A DNA stretch of 64,000 nucleotides from an uncultured Oscillospiraceae bacterium. GTDB taxonomy: Bacteria; Bacillota; Clostridia; Oscillospirales; Oscillospiraceae. The translations under genes and the position numbers were made by a program. The stretch is from contig CALXGG010000001.1 of the NCBI GenBank assembly GCA_944387785.1, positions 9,541-73,540 of the forward strand, written 5' to 3'. Position 1 is the first letter of the stretch; every line of letters begins with the position of its first letter. The notes beneath the pieces are model-generated. The model saw only the letters and a program-made list of their open reading frames with translations, was not told where the DNA came from and did no database searches. Of this stretch, positions 62,406-64,000 are shown in pieces.

Positions 62406-63650
62406 TCAGTTGGCCCCTGTTGTATTTGGATAGGTCCTGCCGCCCTTGACGACGGTATGGACCAGGTTGCTGCCCATGCGGTAACAGACATAGTTGAGGT
62501 TCCGGGCCTCCCAGAGCAGGAGGTCCCCCCGTTTCCCCGGCTCCAGGGAGCCCACGGATTCCGCCCGGCCGATGGCGGCGGCGCCGTTGAGGGTAACGGC
62601 GGTGAGCACCTCCTCCGGGGTCAGCCGGTAGCGCAGGCACCCCAGGTTCATCACCAGCTGCATATTCAGGCAGGGGCAGGAGCCTGGGTTGAAGTCCGTG
62701 GCCATGGCCACCGGCACCCCGGCCTCCACCATCCTCCGGGCAGGAGCGTACTCCGCCCCCAGGTAGAAGCTGGTGGCGGGCAGCAGGCAGGCCACCGTGC
62801 CGCCCCGGGCCATGCTGGCGATGCCCTCCTCCGGGCAGACGATCAGATGCTCCGCCGAAACGGCGCCGATCTCCCCCGCCAACTGGGAGCCGCCGATGGG
62901 GTCGATCTCGTCGGCGTGAATCTTGGGCCGCAGGCCGTACCGCTTCCCGGCCTCCAGGATCCGCCGGGACTCCTCCGCCGTAAATACCCCCGTCTCGCAG
63001 AACACATCGCAGAATTCCGCCAGCTGTTCCTCCGCTGCCCGGGGGATCATCTCCTCGCAGACCAGGGAGACGTAGGCCTCCCGGTTCTCTTTATACGCCT
63101 GGGGCAGGGCGTGGGCCCCCATGAAGGTGGCTACAAGGTCGATGGGATGGCGCCGGTCCAGGGAGCGGATGGCCCGCAGCTGCTTGCACTCCTCCTCCGT
63201 GGTAAGACCGTAGCCGCTTTTCGCCTCGCAGGTAGTGGTGCCAAAGCGGAGCATCTCGTCCAGGGCTGCCGCCGCCTTGTCCGCCAGCTCCTCCTCCGTG
63301 GCGGCCCGGGTGGCCGTCACCGTGGAAAGGATGCCGCCTCCCTGGGCCAGAATGTCCAGATAGGGCACCCCGTGGAGCTTCAGCGCCAGCTCGTTCTGCC
63401 GCCAGCCCCCAAACACCAGATGGGTGTGGGCGTCCACCAGCCCCGGCGTCACCAGACGGCCGCCGGCATCCAGAACGGGGCAGCCGGTCCCCTCCGGCGC
63501 GCCGGTACCCAGGGCGGCGATGACGCCGTCCTCGATCCGCAGCCAGGCGTCATGGAGGAGCCGGATCTCCCCCTGGGCCTCCCCGCCCCTGGCGGCGCTG
63601 CCCACAGGGGTGGCCAGAAGGCCGATGTTCACCACCAACAGATCGCTCAT
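62406..63650 (-). CDS. hutI: imidazolonepropionase
   Basis: 414 aa. Amidohydrolase HTHLVFGG metal motif and the KIHADE and ATDFNPGS blocks. Confidence 0.85.
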   Translation of the reverse strand: MSDLLVVNIGLLATPVGSAARGGEAQGEIRLLHDAWLRIEDGVIAALGTGAPEGTGCPVLDAGGRLVTPGLVDAHTHLVFGGWRQNELALKLHGVPYLDILAQGGGILSTVTATRAATEEELADKAAAALDEMLRFGTTTCEAKSGYGLTTEEECKQLRAIRSLDRRHPIDLVATFMGAHALPQAYKENREAYVSLVCEEMIPRAAEEQLAEFCDVFCETGVFTAEESRRILEAGKRYGLRPKIHADEIDPIGGSQLAGEIGAVSAEHLIVCPEEGIASMARGGTVACLLPATSFYLGAEYAPARRMVEAGVPVAMATDFNPGSCPCLNMQLVMNLGCLRYRLTPEEVLTAVTLNGAAAIGRAESVGSLEPGKRGDLLLWEARNLNYVCYRMGSNLVHTVVKGGRTYPNTTGAN

Positions 63651-63672
63651 GCATTGCTCCTTTCTTGTCTAC

Positions 63673-63833
63673 CTGCTTTTCTTTTGAAAAAGAAAAGCAG
63701 CAAAAGAAAACTTTTGGCACAAAACTGCGTTTTGCTTATGTTTTTCTTTCTACCACAAACAAGTCATGCCCTTCGCGAAACGAAGTTTCGCGCAAAAGTT
63801 CTTTTTGATCCTTTTTCTTTCAAGAAAAAGGAT
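63673..63833. other. AT-rich spacer containing three hairpins
   Basis: CTGCTTTTCTTTT/AAAAGAAAAGCAG at 63673-63700. CGCGAAAC gaa GTTTCGCG at 63774-63792. ATCCTTTTTCTT/AAGAAAAAGGAT at 63808-63833. Composition contrasts sharply with the GC-rich flanks. Confidence 0.5.
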
Positions 63834-63840
63834 GGACACC

Positions 63841-64000
63841 TCAGCCCTTCAGCGCCTGGGCCACCACGGCGGGGTCGGCCAGATAGGGCAAAGTGATATG
63901 GTCCTGACCGGCGTAGAGCTTGTTGTACTCCGCGGCGGTGGTGAGGGCGTTCTCGTTCCTGGCCCAGGCCCGGCGGGAGACGCCCACCATGGTATCCCAG
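63841..64000 (-). CDS. hutU: probable urocanate hydratase, C-terminal 52 codons only (rest outside window)
   Basis: The minus frame reads ...VGVSRRAWARNENALTTAAEYNKLYAGQDHITLPYLADPAVVAQALKG-stop. It resembles a urocanase C-terminus from memory, and hut genes lie downstream. Confidence 0.5.
   Translation of the reverse strand, partial: WDTMVGVSRRAWARNENALTTAAEYNKLYAGQDHITLPYLADPAVVAQALKG

Noticed and set aside
57837-63896. Minus ORF 57837..60023 (728 aa) and plus ORF 61878..63896 (672 aa)
   Set aside because: These are shadows of the DUF4956/CotH genes and of the hutI/formimidoyltransferase genes respectively. Both cross real gene boundaries.
1-64000. Search for mobile elements, prophage genes, CRISPR arrays, tRNA/rRNA genes or known defence systems
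   Set aside because: I found no transposase, integrase or recombinase-like ORFs. I found no spaced direct-repeat arrays and no tRNA T-loop/acceptor signatures in the GC-poor gaps. Every large ORF has a plausible metabolic, transport or regulatory assignment.

Overview
This is a 64-kb, very GC-rich chromosomal segment. Strong third-position GC bias produces many long antisense shadow ORFs. The gene content (SleC/Csp germination genes, anaerobic corrin genes, Stickland-type amino-acid catabolism, many sugar ABC loci) reads like a spore-forming gut Clostridia, possibly Oscillospiraceae-like; that assignment is inference only.

I support about 53 protein genes, in this order:
- An Fe/B12-type ABC importer plus an FmdE-like gene.
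- A CNNM/CorC-type transporter behind a long terminator-containing leader.
- greA.
- A GC-poor, ORF-less gap of about 0.86 kb with its own consensus promoter (candidate large ncRNA).
- sleC divergent from two Csp subtilases.
- A LacI-controlled alpha-glucoside locus: GH65, beta-phosphoglucomutase, GH31, an unknown six-hairpin-like protein and an ABC importer.
- A cobalamin-riboswitch operon: ABC importer, cbiC and a cbiJ-cbiE-cbiT fusion.
- A 4Fe-4S protein and a Crp/Fnr regulator.
- arcA, arcB and a LOR/SDH-like gene.
- An AraC regulator with two DNA-binding modules, and an M16C peptidase.
- An amylosucrase / AraC / GH36 / ABC alpha-galactoside locus.
- A cydDC-like exporter operon.
- SCP2, YitT, and MarR plus an Ntn hydrolase.
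- A two-component system followed by a VTC-domain / DUF4956 / CotH trio.
- A hut cluster: hutU (partial), hutI, glutamate formimidoyltransferase and cyclodeaminase.

I saw no rRNA, tRNA, CRISPR array, transposase, integrase or recognisable defence genes.

The best candidates for something undescribed are (1) the orphan-promoter structured-RNA candidate at about 5100-5806 and (2) the two-component-system-adjacent VTC/DUF4956/CotH envelope module at about 55.2-60.7 kb. All family calls come from reading motifs in the translations, not from database searches.
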